Notes under the pieces: generated by a model
The model's database searches: none
The model's input: the letters and a program-made list of their open reading frames with translations, nothing else
Told to the model about the DNA's origin: nothing
Source: a virus
Lineage: Duplodnaviria; Caudoviricetes
Length of the DNA stretch: 50,883 nucleotides
Virus record (IMG/VR): IMGVR_UViG_3300042923_000161
Location: 1 to 50,883 of that record
Reading direction: 5' to 3' (one strand)
Shown: piece after piece, positions 19,008 through 28,419 of the stretch
Layout of the letters: each line of letters starts with the position of its first letter
Position numbering within the stretch: position 1 is the first letter of the stretch
Made by a program: the position numbers and the translations under genes

Positions 19008-19526
19008 TTAGAATGGAAGGTCGTCATCGCTGATATCAATTGGTTTGCCGTCTTCAGCGAATGGGTCTTGGTTGCTGGAAGCGTACTGTGAAGGGTCGAA
19101 TGCGTTGGAAGCTTGTCCAGCGCCGTGTTCAGACGGCTTAACTGCTGAAACACGCTCTTGTGTAGTACCGTCATCTCTGTCTTCGTGTTTTACACGTACC
19201 TGCAAGGCTTGTCCATTCAGGTACTGACCAAAAGCTTGGATAACTTCTTCAGCAGTGTTAAACACTTGACCGTCTGGCATGTTTGTTGCTTTGGAGATAT
19301 CATTCCAGCGGAACATGGCTTTTGGTGAAGCTACCAAGTTGTCAAACAATTTACGGTTAGCTGCTTCTTGCTCAATGTCGCCACGGATCGTATATACAAG
19401 TGCCAAACCTTCGGAACCTGTTTTAAATGTCTTCTTTTCTACGGATGATATGACCACTTCGTACCAACCTTGTGGTACTGGTGTAAAGTCGCTTGCTTCG
19501 CTGTGATTAGTTGAGAAAAATGTCAT
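19008..19526 (-). CDS. Single-stranded DNA-binding protein (DUF669-like)
   Basis: FTPVPQGWYEVVI, RKLFDNL and the acidic tail IDISDDDLPF. Confidence 0.85.
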   Translation of the reverse strand: MTFFSTNHSEASDFTPVPQGWYEVVISSVEKKTFKTGSEGLALVYTIRGDIEQEAANRKLFDNLVASPKAMFRWNDISKATNMPDGQVFNTAEEVIQAFGQYLNGQALQVRVKHEDRDDGTTQERVSAVKPSEHGAGQASNAFDPSQYASSNQDPFAEDGKPIDISDDDLPF

Positions 19527-19716
19527 TGGAATATTCCACCTTTTCGAATGAGTGTATTTGTATATTAAATGATGTTGATCATGAAGCGCAATAGGTTAAT
19601 CTCTTTTGCCAAAAGGTATAACTATCGTTGTCTTTTGGTGCGACACTACATCTTGTGCGTCAAGGGTCAATCCATGGCCCGGTGCGACCCACACAGCCAA
19701 TATCTGGACACCGTGA

Positions 19717-20601
19717 TCATCCAGAAGTTTTTTGATCTGCTCCTGAATCGGATGGCTTGGATTCATCTGGTTTCACCTTCTCCGGTATAGTTGTAGATCC
19801 CAACTGACGGAAGATGTCGCCCCATTTAGGCCACCAGATCAGTTCAGGGAACTTCATTCGATCACGGGCAGGCATACGTGCGCCAGCTTTGTATGTCACT
19901 GTCCCTTCTTGCAGGTTATCTGTGTGGATACCGTAGTGCATCATTTCAGGCTTGTCCTTCGCAGGACGCATTTTGTGCTTGACCATATAGAAGACACCGT
20001 CCGTTGCTCCCATTACGCCGGGGGCAGCGTGTTTGCCTTGCAGACGAAGCTGGATGACTTTCTTGAAGTCGGTTGATTCTTTGGCTTCCATGTCATGCCC
20101 GATCCACAGAACGTTAACACCGTGGCTTCTGGTGAGTCTCTGCCAGTCTCTGAACTCTTTCACCTCAATGCGCTGAAGATCATCCCAGTCGGTTTGTGCC
20201 CCGAAACGTCCCTTGATTTCACGCGCTCTGGTTGGTGCAAATTCCGCAGACACCACGTAATCCTTCACTGACTCTTCCAGTGTTGTGAATGAGTCCACAG
20301 CGTATAGATCGTACTTCAATTCAATACGGCCTACACCGGGCAGGATTACGAACCCTTGGGGGATACCTTCACGCACCTTTTGAAGTTCAGCCAGTGAACT
20401 AATGCCCAAGATATCAACATTACCCACACTGTCCAGTACACCGCTGTTCTTATCCAAGTCCAGCAGTAGCACCCGGATAGTCGGATCATACTGAAGTGTT
20501 GATGTCTTTCCGCTGAAAGGTGGTCCGTACAGGAGTGCAGAACGCCCCTCCTTTGGTTTCTCTGCAAGCGGGATTCCACCCGGTCTGAATGTAATTGCCA
20601 T
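19717..20601 (-). CDS. AAA_24 / Sak4-like ATPase (recombinase)
   Basis: LLYGPPFSGKTS, LDLD, AVDSFT and WIGH; lies between the nuclease and SSB. Confidence 0.8.
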   Translation of the reverse strand: MAITFRPGGIPLAEKPKEGRSALLYGPPFSGKTSTLQYDPTIRVLLLDLDKNSGVLDSVGNVDILGISSLAELQKVREGIPQGFVILPGVGRIELKYDLYAVDSFTTLEESVKDYVVSAEFAPTRAREIKGRFGAQTDWDDLQRIEVKEFRDWQRLTRSHGVNVLWIGHDMEAKESTDFKKVIQLRLQGKHAAPGVMGATDGVFYMVKHKMRPAKDKPEMMHYGIHTDNLQEGTVTYKAGARMPARDRMKFPELIWWPKWGDIFRQLGSTTIPEKVKPDESKPSDSGADQKTSG

Positions 20602-20603
20602 GA

Positions 20604-21770
20604 TTAGTTTTCCTCCACTTCGATAAAGTCGTCTTCAGGATTCCAGTCCTTCTCAGTCTCATACAACATAGCTTGTACCATCGAAACATTGTCGCCTTTA
20701 ATCTCTGCTTCGATGAGTGGGAAGTAGCTGTTGAAGGTTGGTGTATCCCATGTGATGTTATAGTAAAGTCGTGATTCAGCAGTCACAGGATCGACTTCCA
20801 ACTCATGACGTAAACTCATAATCTCGCGGCAGACTTTTGTGAAGTCTTCCATAGCCGCTTGACATTCCGATTCGCTTCGTTCTACAGAGATACGGCGAAG
20901 GAATTTGTCACCTTGCAATTCAAAGTGTTCCAGAATGTCCAGATAGTCGGCTTCTGCCAGCCCATAATCAGCAATAGCCTGTTTGTAGAGGGCATATGTA
21001 GTATTCTGCGCCTTATTCTTGGACAGACCGCCTTTCTTCAGCAGTTCAGGCTTCTTCGGTGCGTCCTTGCGAATGATGTTGTATACGAACTCTTCAGGGC
21101 CGCTGAACTGGCTCAGAACTTGATACAGGTGTGTGTTTTTCACTGGAACCCATCCAGAAGCAACGCCCTCACCGCTAGTATCCTCCACTTCATGCCACAC
21201 ATACCCATGCCCTTGACACAGTGCTGTGAGTGCCCACCAGTAACGGCTGATCTGACGGTCAAGGATGGAGTTTGCCACGTAGCGGTCAATGCTGGTTGTC
21301 GTCTTGTGATCCATGAACTTCAGCTTACCGTCTTCCAGATACAGAAGGTCAATCGTACCCTCATACGCAAAGTCAAGCGTTCCCTGAAGCAAGTCCAGCG
21401 GATCGTCCTCATACAGTGGAATAGCGAACTTCAATTCCGTTGCCAGTATATCGAACTCATCCACAGGTGCGTAAGTCGTCATGTAGTGCCCGGAAACTTT
21501 GTGGAACAGTTCAATCAGGTCTTGATACACTACCGGGTCCATACCTTCCAAGTTCTTGGTCTGAATCCAGTCATGCACCTTTTCATCCACATCAGTTTCA
21601 AGGCGGTAGTATAACTCAAGGTACTTGTGGAACAAGTCACCGAAGAAAAGCTTGCCGTCAGGTGTCTTTTTGACCAAGTGGTCCACCCAACGGCGTTTCC
21701 AACTCCAGCGATCTGACAAGAATGTTCCTACTTCTGATCCACGAATTAAGCGTAATGATGTCATATTCAT
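20604..21770 (-). CDS. PD-(D/E)XK exonuclease
   Basis: G.LFHKYLE, ATELKF, GTIDLL, MDHKTT and Q...Y. Confidence 0.85.
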   Translation of the reverse strand: MNMTSLRLIRGSEVGTFLSDRWSWKRRWVDHLVKKTPDGKLFFGDLFHKYLELYYRLETDVDEKVHDWIQTKNLEGMDPVVYQDLIELFHKVSGHYMTTYAPVDEFDILATELKFAIPLYEDDPLDLLQGTLDFAYEGTIDLLYLEDGKLKFMDHKTTTSIDRYVANSILDRQISRYWWALTALCQGHGYVWHEVEDTSGEGVASGWVPVKNTHLYQVLSQFSGPEEFVYNIIRKDAPKKPELLKKGGLSKNKAQNTTYALYKQAIADYGLAEADYLDILEHFELQGDKFLRRISVERSESECQAAMEDFTKVCREIMSLRHELEVDPVTAESRLYYNITWDTPTFNSYFPLIEAEIKGDNVSMVQAMLYETEKDWNPEDDFIEVEEN

Positions 21771-21787
21771 TGCTCCCTATAGTCAAT

Positions 21788-21925
21788 TTATTGTGCTGCT
21801 ATAAACCCCTGCCACGCTCCATGTTGTACCATCGTGATGTATTGGTGGAAGGGGATGTTGAACCGTGTGTAGATGTTGTGGTACACAAAGTACGTACCCA
21901 ACCGATCCAGTAATTCGTCCGACAT
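21788..21925 (-). CDS. Hypothetical protein (45 aa)
   Basis: GGGAGG RBS; MSDELLDRLGTYFVYHNIYTRFNIPFHQYITMVQHGAWQGFIAAQ. Confidence 0.65.
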   Translation of the reverse strand: MSDELLDRLGTYFVYHNIYTRFNIPFHQYITMVQHGAWQGFIAAQ

Positions 21926-21938
21926 CCCAAGCCCTCCC

Positions 21939-22226
21939 TTATTCGCCGCGCTGTAACTGCATCAGTGACTTTTGTTCATCAACTTTGACACGAAGACTGA
22001 CCTTCCACCCATCAAGGAATGGTTCCATCTCTGACGTTTCGCCTGTTCTTGGTACGAACCTGCGGATCACGATGTTGTCCACCCGTCCATTACGCTTGCC
22101 TTGCTCCAAGTTCTCAATGTTGTCCAAAACGCTTTGAACCTTGTCATGCATTTTTGCCTTGGCTTCCCATGCATACGCAGTGTGTTCACGTAGTTCCCAA
22201 CTTAAAATATAGTACTCCTTTACCAT
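21939..22226 (-). CDS. Hypothetical protein
   Basis: Adjoins the upstream gene. Confidence 0.65.
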   Translation of the reverse strand: MVKEYYILSWELREHTAYAWEAKAKMHDKVQSVLDNIENLEQGKRNGRVDNIVIRRFVPRTGETSEMEPFLDGWKVSLRVKVDEQKSLMQLQRGE

Positions 22227-22556
22227 TTACAACACATCCCTTACATATTGTTCGTTCTCATGTCTCATTTCAGCTTCTTGCTGAAGCAGTTCGTTGTTGT
22301 ACTGTTCAATGACATTTGCGGCGTAACCGAACGCCATCTCAACACATTTCTGATCCAGCACATCGCTGACCAGCTTACGATACTCATTAATGTCTAAGTC
22401 CATTTGAAGTAAAAAGTCCAGTTCAGCGCTTACAGCTTCCACACAATCAGGTACCGAATCGAAGTCCTTGTTGCGGAATACGTGCGGTGTTGCATCCAAT
22501 TTGCCCACGATACGGTCAGCCACCTGCTGTGCGATTACCTCAACGTTGAATCTCAT
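22227..22556 (-). CDS. Hypothetical protein
   Basis: GGGAGG RBS before ATG 22556; first gene after the promoter. Confidence 0.7.
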   Translation of the reverse strand: MRFNVEVIAQQVADRIVGKLDATPHVFRNKDFDSVPDCVEAVSAELDFLLQMDLDINEYRKLVSDVLDQKCVEMAFGYAANVIEQYNNELLQQEAEMRHENEQYVRDVL

Positions 22557-22589
22557 AGTTAAAACCTCCCAGTGGTGTTTGATGTACAC

Positions 22590-22618
22590 ATCATAACATA
22601 TTGAATATTTAATGTCAA
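22590..22618 (-). promoter_or_regulatory. Sigma-A promoter
   Basis: TTGACA-N17-TATGAT; shares 18 identical bp with the 11104-11132 promoter region. Confidence 0.8.
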
Positions 22619-22626
22619 CGGACAGA

Positions 22627-22869
22627 TTACAGCTTGAAAAGTGTCTCGGCAGCGTTGATGAAGTTGAAGAAGGAATCCATGGTCACTACGCCAGCAGCTA
22701 TCCACAGAAGCTTGTTGATCCCACTCATAATGAAGGTGTGCCCACGACTTTTCAACCAAGCATTAAGCGCTGATGACACCAAAGCGGACGCTGTGATAGC
22801 CAACATTGCAGGAGAAGCTGGAGTACCAAGAAACTCCCGCAAAGTGGACTCAATCAATGGGTTAATCAT
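22627..22869 (-). CDS. Small two-TM membrane protein, SpoIIIAC/AD-like
   Basis: GGGAGGT RBS; helix-LNAWLKSRG-helix pattern. Confidence 0.55.
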   Translation of the reverse strand: MINPLIESTLREFLGTPASPAMLAITASALVSSALNAWLKSRGHTFIMSGINKLLWIAAGVVTMDSFFNFINAAETLFKL

Positions 22870-22873
22870 GTGA

Positions 22874-24502
22874 TTACCTCCCAATCATACGCAGGACAGC
22901 TTCCCGGCCCCCGTTGTTGATGATGTCTGTCATGGACTCCTTACGCTTCAGCACTTCGAACATGTAGTCATCCACAGAATCCATTGTGGCTATGTGGATA
23001 ACATTGTGACCGTGCTCTACTTCTTTGGTTGTTGGCGTGACTCTGTCTTCGGCTTGTTGCTGATCTGCTGGATTCCACGCATTGTCAATAAAGACGACTG
23101 TGTCACCTTGGTCAAGCGTCCATCCTGTCCCCGCCGATATCGTATTACATAAGAGTACATGAGTCTCACCCCGTTGGAATTTGTCGGCTTCTTCCTGCTT
23201 CTTCTTGGCTGTCATCTTGCCGTTGATTTCACCGACAACATAACCTTCCTTTGCCAAGTCATCACGCAGCAGCCGCAAGTAGCTGGTGAACATACTCATG
23301 ACCACCACCGGACGCGAATCTTCGTCACGATCCTTCAGCCATTGGATGAGTGTTGCAGTCTTACAGCCCTTTTCAGGGAACCCAACCAGACGTGGGTCAA
23401 TACATATCTGCCGCAAACGTAGCATTTGAGTCATGACGTTCATTGCATCGACCTCTTTACCTGTATCAAGGCACTCTGCAACGAATGTATCCTGCATCTC
23501 ACGGTAATACTTCGCCTGTTTTACAGTCATATGTGAGTAGATCGTTTTATAGTCCTTCTCAGGCAACCAGTTCATAGCTTCCTTACGCTTCCGGGCTACA
23601 GATACCAGACCTATTTCCTGCTGCATCTCTTCTTGACGCTCTGGAATAGGCGCACCTGCATCAACCCCTCCACTAAATACATTCGAATCTTTGTGGAAGT
23701 ATCGTCCAGCCCATCCCCAAAAGCTTGTGTACTTCTTCGGGAACAGGAACTTCAGGATACCGAAAATGTCTGAAGGATGTTTCACAGTAGGTGTTCCGGT
23801 CAATGCGAAACGGTTTGACCCTTTCAACTTGAACACTGCCTTAGACTGCACCGTGCCGTGGTTGCGCAGGTAGTGTGCTTCATCCACAGCGATCAGGTCA
23901 AACAAGAATCTGTCAAGCTTCAGCCCGTTTAGGCTGTTTTTGGACACGATCAGGACTGTTGGTTTGGCTGACGTTCTTGCTGCTTCGGTCAGTTCCTCAG
24001 CTTTCTTTGTACCCTCAATGACAACTGGCTCATACTCAGGCAACCAATTCTTCACCTGCATGTGCCACGTCCAAAGCAAAGAAGCTGGAGCGACAATAAG
24101 GTTGCGTTTTGTACGTTTACCCTTGATCACTTCCAGCAGCGTTGGTGTCTTACCTGTGCGCGGATCATTGAATATGCCAGCAGCTTCCATGCCGATCAGG
24201 TACTCAGCGTCAGCCCGTTGATACGGACGTAATCTGTCACCCTCAAGTACCATAGTATCTTGACGCTTACTTAGCAGCCAGTTCATCTCTTCACGCAGCT
24301 TCTTACCCTCTTCCATGAAGGCTACTTCACTCTTCAGGTCAGGCAGCTTTTTATGAAGTTCCAGCATTACGCCCATGGTGCGGGGCAGCTTACAGTGCTT
24401 TTTCGCCTTAGAGTAAGTGCCCCCCATGGATTGTTCAATAAAGCGTGCTTGCTTTTCGTCCTTCGGTGTTACATACACGGAATCCCCATCCGTTGCAAAC
24501 AT
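22874..24502 (-). CDS. SNF2-like SF2 helicase
   Basis: LRPYQ, PRTGKT, DEAH, LTGTP, LRQIC, GTGWTL and QAEDR. Confidence 0.92.
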   Translation of the reverse strand: MFATDGDSVYVTPKDEKQARFIEQSMGGTYSKAKKHCKLPRTMGVMLELHKKLPDLKSEVAFMEEGKKLREEMNWLLSKRQDTMVLEGDRLRPYQRADAEYLIGMEAAGIFNDPRTGKTPTLLEVIKGKRTKRNLIVAPASLLWTWHMQVKNWLPEYEPVVIEGTKKAEELTEAARTSAKPTVLIVSKNSLNGLKLDRFLFDLIAVDEAHYLRNHGTVQSKAVFKLKGSNRFALTGTPTVKHPSDIFGILKFLFPKKYTSFWGWAGRYFHKDSNVFSGGVDAGAPIPERQEEMQQEIGLVSVARKRKEAMNWLPEKDYKTIYSHMTVKQAKYYREMQDTFVAECLDTGKEVDAMNVMTQMLRLRQICIDPRLVGFPEKGCKTATLIQWLKDRDEDSRPVVVMSMFTSYLRLLRDDLAKEGYVVGEINGKMTAKKKQEEADKFQRGETHVLLCNTISAGTGWTLDQGDTVVFIDNAWNPADQQQAEDRVTPTTKEVEHGHNVIHIATMDSVDDYMFEVLKRKESMTDIINNGGREAVLRMIGR

Positions 24503-24687
24503 TAAACAGTCTCCTTTCTTTCCTTAATGGCGCGTTGTAGGTAGTTATTAGCGGACATTAAGTTGTTGATAATTGGTCTGAGCGTTTCAGCTTCGTCTGG
24601 GTTGTTCAAACGGTGCGTTTCCAGACGATTGAGTGACCGTCTAAAATCTAAGTTGGTTTTTTCGTAGATGTCCAGTTTAGGCAGCAT
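24502..24687 (-). CDS. Hypothetical protein
   Basis: AAAGGAG RBS; follows a promoter. Confidence 0.65.
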   Translation of the reverse strand: MLPKLDIYEKTNLDFRRSLNRLETHRLNNPDEAETLRPIINNLMSANNYLQRAIKERKETV

Positions 24688-24723
24688 GGTGTTTTCTCCT
24701 TTCAGTCAGATCATTTTATATGC

Positions 24724-24752
24724 AATATAACACATTAAATGATCTGAGTCAA
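24724..24752 (-). promoter_or_regulatory. Sigma-A promoter
   Basis: TTGACT-N17-(TG)TATATT. Confidence 0.7.
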
Positions 24753-24768
24753 AGGAAAAGGCAGATGG

Positions 24769-25497
24769 TTAGTCTGCCTTATACTTGAACCCGGCATTGC
24801 AGTCAGAACATACAGTGTAATCTCCCCACAGATGGAACTCTGGAGACTTGCAAGCCGGGCAACCGTCCTCCAGCGATTCCACTTCGCCACAGTTGAATGC
24901 TCCGATGTCGTCCCAGAACTGACCGACCATCAGGTCGTTTTTGAAGTGCTCTTTCTGGTAACGGAGGGCTGGAATGAAAGGTAACTTCTCCAGATTCTCC
25001 TGTCCAAGAGCCTTATACGCTTCAATCTGATTACTCAGCAGCGCGTGTCCGAACTTCTCAACGTCAATGTACCGGGAGAAGTACAGCAGCTTGCGAATGA
25101 CCTTCTCAATCGACTCTTGGTTCACTTCAGCATCTGGCTCAAGCATGAAATACCTCTGCCATGAAGAGTATGCCCCGCCCCGGTTGATGTTACGCTCACC
25201 AAAATGTGACAACGGATGCAGTGTTGCACCCAAGACGCTGAAGGTGTCTTTGTTGAGTTGGTCAGCCCGGAACACAGCCCGTAGTGTGGCAGACGCAATC
25301 ATCTTCATAGTCATGTTCGGATTCAGCATGGACGGCAGTTCATACCATGGAATCGGCACGCTGTCGTCCGCTGCTTCCTCTGCGATAGCCATGAAGGTCT
25401 TGACAACCTCCAAGAACTTCGCTTTATCCTTCGCACGCAGCCGCTTCAGGTTTGGACGGGTGTCATCTATCATGATCGTTAGCGGTTTATCGCTCAT
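24769..25497 (-). CDS. Hypothetical protein with C-terminal Zn ribbon
   Basis: CPAC...CSDC. Confidence 0.7.
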   Translation of the reverse strand: MSDKPLTIMIDDTRPNLKRLRAKDKAKFLEVVKTFMAIAEEAADDSVPIPWYELPSMLNPNMTMKMIASATLRAVFRADQLNKDTFSVLGATLHPLSHFGERNINRGGAYSSWQRYFMLEPDAEVNQESIEKVIRKLLYFSRYIDVEKFGHALLSNQIEAYKALGQENLEKLPFIPALRYQKEHFKNDLMVGQFWDDIGAFNCGEVESLEDGCPACKSPEFHLWGDYTVCSDCNAGFKYKAD

Positions 25498-26054
25498 TAG
25501 ATCACATCCCCGTCTTCATCATCTGGCGTATACACTGGTTTGTTGATTGCGTTCAGTTCCTCAATCCGTTCCGTCTGCTCTTGCTCCTGCTGCTTGAATG
25601 ACTCTTCGCTCTTTTCAGCGGCTTGACTGACGGCTGCAACCTTACCTGCATCAAGCTTCAGGTTCATGTGATCCTCAATGATGGATAGCAGCGTTAGGTT
25701 CATGGATGTCATCTTGCGTTCTTCCTTCAGATTCACCAGATAAAGGGCCATCTCATATTCCTTGACACGAACAGGTGCGGGTTTATCAAGTAGCCCAAGT
25801 GCAGCAACCACGTCTTCGTCCGCACCTTCCTTCAGTTCTTGACGGAACTTCTCTACAGCTTCGTTGTATGACATCATTGGAACAGTCTTCTGTGTTGCAG
25901 CGAAGTTCTTGTAACTGTTCGGGTGTGAATCTACACACATTGCCATGTTAGCGCAGTACGGTTTCAAATCCTCCGCGCTGTACAGCAGGTCTTCCCTACG
26001 GCGCGTTTGGTTACACGCCGTGCATACTGTTCTAAAATCAGGCTTTGTTCTCAT
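25497..26054 (-). CDS. Hypothetical protein with N-terminal Zn finger (possible regulator)
   Basis: CTAC...C....C and an acidic C-terminus. Confidence 0.65.
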   Translation of the reverse strand: MRTKPDFRTVCTACNQTRRREDLLYSAEDLKPYCANMAMCVDSHPNSYKNFAATQKTVPMMSYNEAVEKFRQELKEGADEDVVAALGLLDKPAPVRVKEYEMALYLVNLKEERKMTSMNLTLLSIIEDHMNLKLDAGKVAAVSQAAEKSEESFKQQEQEQTERIEELNAINKPVYTPDDEDGDVI

Positions 26055-26274
26055 GTTTGTCAATCCCCTCTTGTAATTTTTGGACTAGCAATTTTGCGTG
26101 AGTCAAAGCCATATTCAACACTACCTGCTGCACATGATGACATTCTCCTTGAACCATCGTGTTTGTGATCTTCACAGATACAACCTGCTCACCGTCAAGC
26201 AATGATTGAAAAGTTTCGACTAACGGTTCAAACTGATCTTTCTTGCTGTATGTGTAACGTGATTCAGTATACAT
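26038..26274 (-). CDS. Hypothetical protein
   Basis: AGGGG RBS before ATG 26274. Confidence 0.6.
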   Translation of the reverse strand: MYTESRYTYSKKDQFEPLVETFQSLLDGEQVVSVKITNTMVQGECHHVQQVVLNMALTHAKLLVQKLQEGIDKHENKA

Positions 26275-26318
26275 GTTTTCATCCCCTATCCGTTTCAATA
26301 TAATTGATTATAATTGTA

Positions 26319-26942
26319 TCATTGCGATTTTGCAACATCTTTATTGAACAAAGTTGGATCAACTGACAGCTTGACAACGGCTGGAAGGTTACTTTGCACT
26401 CTCTTGGCTTCCGGTACCTCCATCGTGATGCCCAATCCATCCAGTTGTTCCGCTGCTGCCTTAGCGCTCTTGGCTGAAGTGATGACCGCTAACATTTCAT
26501 TCTCCAGCTTATGCAGATCACGTATTCTGTCATGGTACATCTTCTTGACCTCAGCGCACAGTTCCAAAAATTCCTTCTGGAACGGGCTGGTTCTCAGCCA
26601 GTAGTGGCTTGTTGATTGTAGTGGGTCAGACCCATTTGCAGCCAATTCCAAAGCCCTGTTGATGAGTTCAAAAGTCTTATCCTGTGATTGGTTTATATAG
26701 GACATAGCTGATCTCATTCCATGCATATCTTGCGTAGTACCAAATTCCTGCTTGAAGTTAGCTTCCCATTGCTCCAAGTTTGCCAGTGCCAGATCAGCGA
26801 ACCGTTCAGCCTTCTTCGGCTTATGCTCTTTGAAGAACACCTGTGCCATCTTTCTAATTTCATCCCACTTATTCTTGTTGATAGCCTGTATCTGATTGTA
26901 AATACGATCCTTGACAACCTTCTTCATATCAATTTTGTTCAT
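26319..26942 (-). CDS. Hypothetical alpha-helical protein
   Basis: 207-aa ORF in the early arm. Confidence 0.7.
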   Translation of the reverse strand: MNKIDMKKVVKDRIYNQIQAINKNKWDEIRKMAQVFFKEHKPKKAERFADLALANLEQWEANFKQEFGTTQDMHGMRSAMSYINQSQDKTFELINRALELAANGSDPLQSTSHYWLRTSPFQKEFLELCAEVKKMYHDRIRDLHKLENEMLAVITSAKSAKAAAEQLDGLGITMEVPEAKRVQSNLPAVVKLSVDPTLFNKDVAKSQ

Positions 26943-27456
26943 AGTTCATTCTCTCCCCATCTTTATTGAATATAATCACTTCTGTAGTGTTAGACTGCGT
27001 TATGTCGTTCTCAACTTCGTACACGTACCAATCTGATGAGCTTTTCGTGAAAGATGACTTTTGATCGAATCTGTATTTCAATTTGAATATAGGCATCCCT
27101 TCAACGTCACTTTCGTTAGCATTTTCATATTTCAAACACTCGTATCCGTTACGATAAATGTGGATCTTACCAACATCATCCCAATTGAATTTCTTGGTGG
27201 ACACTTCGACCATCTTGGTACCAAGCTTCAGCGGTTCTTGCTTCTTGGGTGCTACAACCAATGGCACATAACCCGCTAAAGCATATCCATTCAGAAGGTT
27301 TTGCAGATTATCATTGTTAAAGCGTTGTGGTGGGTCTATGGAGTTATCAACCCACCCACCGCTGATGTGTGCTTTCTTGAACTCAATAACCCGTGAATCC
27401 GTAATGATCATAACCTCTGTCGCTTCAGCAAGGTTCCATTTAACGCTGGTTTCCAT
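26929..27456 (-). CDS. Hypothetical protein
   Basis: GGAGG RBS. Confidence 0.7.
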   Translation of the reverse strand: METSVKWNLAEATEVMIITDSRVIEFKKAHISGGWVDNSIDPPQRFNNDNLQNLLNGYALAGYVPLVVAPKKQEPLKLGTKMVEVSTKKFNWDDVGKIHIYRNGYECLKYENANESDVEGMPIFKLKYRFDQKSSFTKSSSDWYVYEVENDITQSNTTEVIIFNKDGERMNYEQN

Positions 27457-27817
27457 GTTCTGATTCCTCCCATTCGATTAACATTTCTTTGAATTTGGTT
27501 ATAGCAAAACTAATACCGTCTGAAAAACCACCGTCATAAGAACCAATTTGATCCATGACGCTGTCAGGCCATCTTTGATCCGCTTCATACTCCAGCGTAT
27601 CTATAAATTTCTTAATGTCAGGGCATTCCGGGTTCAACTTAATCTGAAGGTTTCGCTTCTTCTTGCCAACTGAACCCTCATGAACGTCATACCAACCACC
27701 TGAACATGGAGTGTAACCTTTGACGTGCGCGCCCATCTTTTGATTCAACTCATGCACCGGGAACCCTTTAGCTTCTGTGTGCAGTTTGGCCTGAAGCCAT
27801 GTTTCTCTTGTATTCAC
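27440..27817 (-). CDS. Hypothetical protein
   Basis: GAGGT RBS with probable GTG start at 27817. Confidence 0.65.
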   Translation of the reverse strand: MNTRETWLQAKLHTEAKGFPVHELNQKMGAHVKGYTPCSGGWYDVHEGSVGKKKRNLQIKLNPECPDIKKFIDTLEYEADQRWPDSVMDQIGSYDGGFSDGISFAITKFKEMLIEWEESEHGNQR

Positions 27818-27827
27818 GTCTGCACCT

Positions 27828-27923
27828 CTATTCCACAAAATGTCTTACTGATTGATAGATGACAACGCCCCAGAACACAACACACATAAACACAAGCCCT
27901 ACAAACGTCCGGTTTTGTTTCAT
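27828..27923 (-). CDS. Small single-TM peptide (31 aa)
   Basis: MKQNRTFVGLVFMCVVFWGVVIYQSVRHFVE; ATGA-coupled. Confidence 0.55.
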   Translation of the reverse strand: MKQNRTFVGLVFMCVVFWGVVIYQSVRHFVE

Positions 27924-28303
27924 GGTAACCAACCCCCCGATAACTTGTAATCCCGGTGCACTACAGTTCGTTCATCGTAATCCAGCCCACTAACATCAAT
28001 CTTGTTGTCATGCAATATCTTCTTCAATACCATTTTTATGTTTGTCAACTTTTTGTCAGCCTGTTCTGCACTATGCACATTGAATTCTCTCGTATTTTGA
28101 TAATACACACTGTCTGTCGTCCGTTCCTCATTGTAGCGACTTTTTGACTCACACATTCTAACTTCCAATTGCCCGACATGCCCGTGGTCGTTGACAAAGA
28201 CACACATATCTGTATGTAAGTTGATCAAAGATGCATAGAATGTGATGTCACTAATGATTGTTGCCGTGCGGTGCTTGACACGGTTAATTGACTCTGTTGT
28301 CAT
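27920..28303 (-). CDS. Hypothetical protein
   Basis: AAGGAG RBS; first gene downstream of the hammerhead. Confidence 0.7.
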   Translation of the reverse strand: MTTESINRVKHRTATIISDITFYASLINLHTDMCVFVNDHGHVGQLEVRMCESKSRYNEERTTDSVYYQNTREFNVHSAEQADKKLTNIKMVLKKILHDNKIDVSGLDYDERTVVHRDYKLSGGWLP

Positions 28304-28357
28304 AGTCCCATCTCCTTGTACATATATTGTAATAACTGATCCAGTACACTGTTACAT

Positions 28358-28419
28358 GCGGCATCCCGCTACGCTTCACAGCGTTTCGTTCCCGTGCCGG
28401 GGAACTCATCAGACGGTAC
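28358..28419 (-). ncRNA. Type I hammerhead ribozyme
   Basis: CCGU-CUGAUGA-GUUCCC(CGGCAC)GGGAAC-GAAACGC(UGUGAA)GCGUA^GCGG-GA-UGCCG. Full core, three stems, and loop II can pair with UGCCG. Confidence 0.92.

Noticed and set aside
19637-19690. Degenerate type I-C CRISPR repeat or RNA anti-CRISPR (minus strand GTCGCACC...TGGATTGA, then a second GTCGCACC)
   Set aside because: The ends resemble I-C repeats, but the internal GCACC/GGTGC hairpin and the GAAAC end are missing and only 8 bp repeat. Not called as CRISPR; kept within the ssb-leader finding.
20604-21770. Cas4 / CRISPR-associated nuclease
   Set aside because: It lacks the four-Cys Fe-S motif and sits in a nuclease-Sak4-SSB recombination module.
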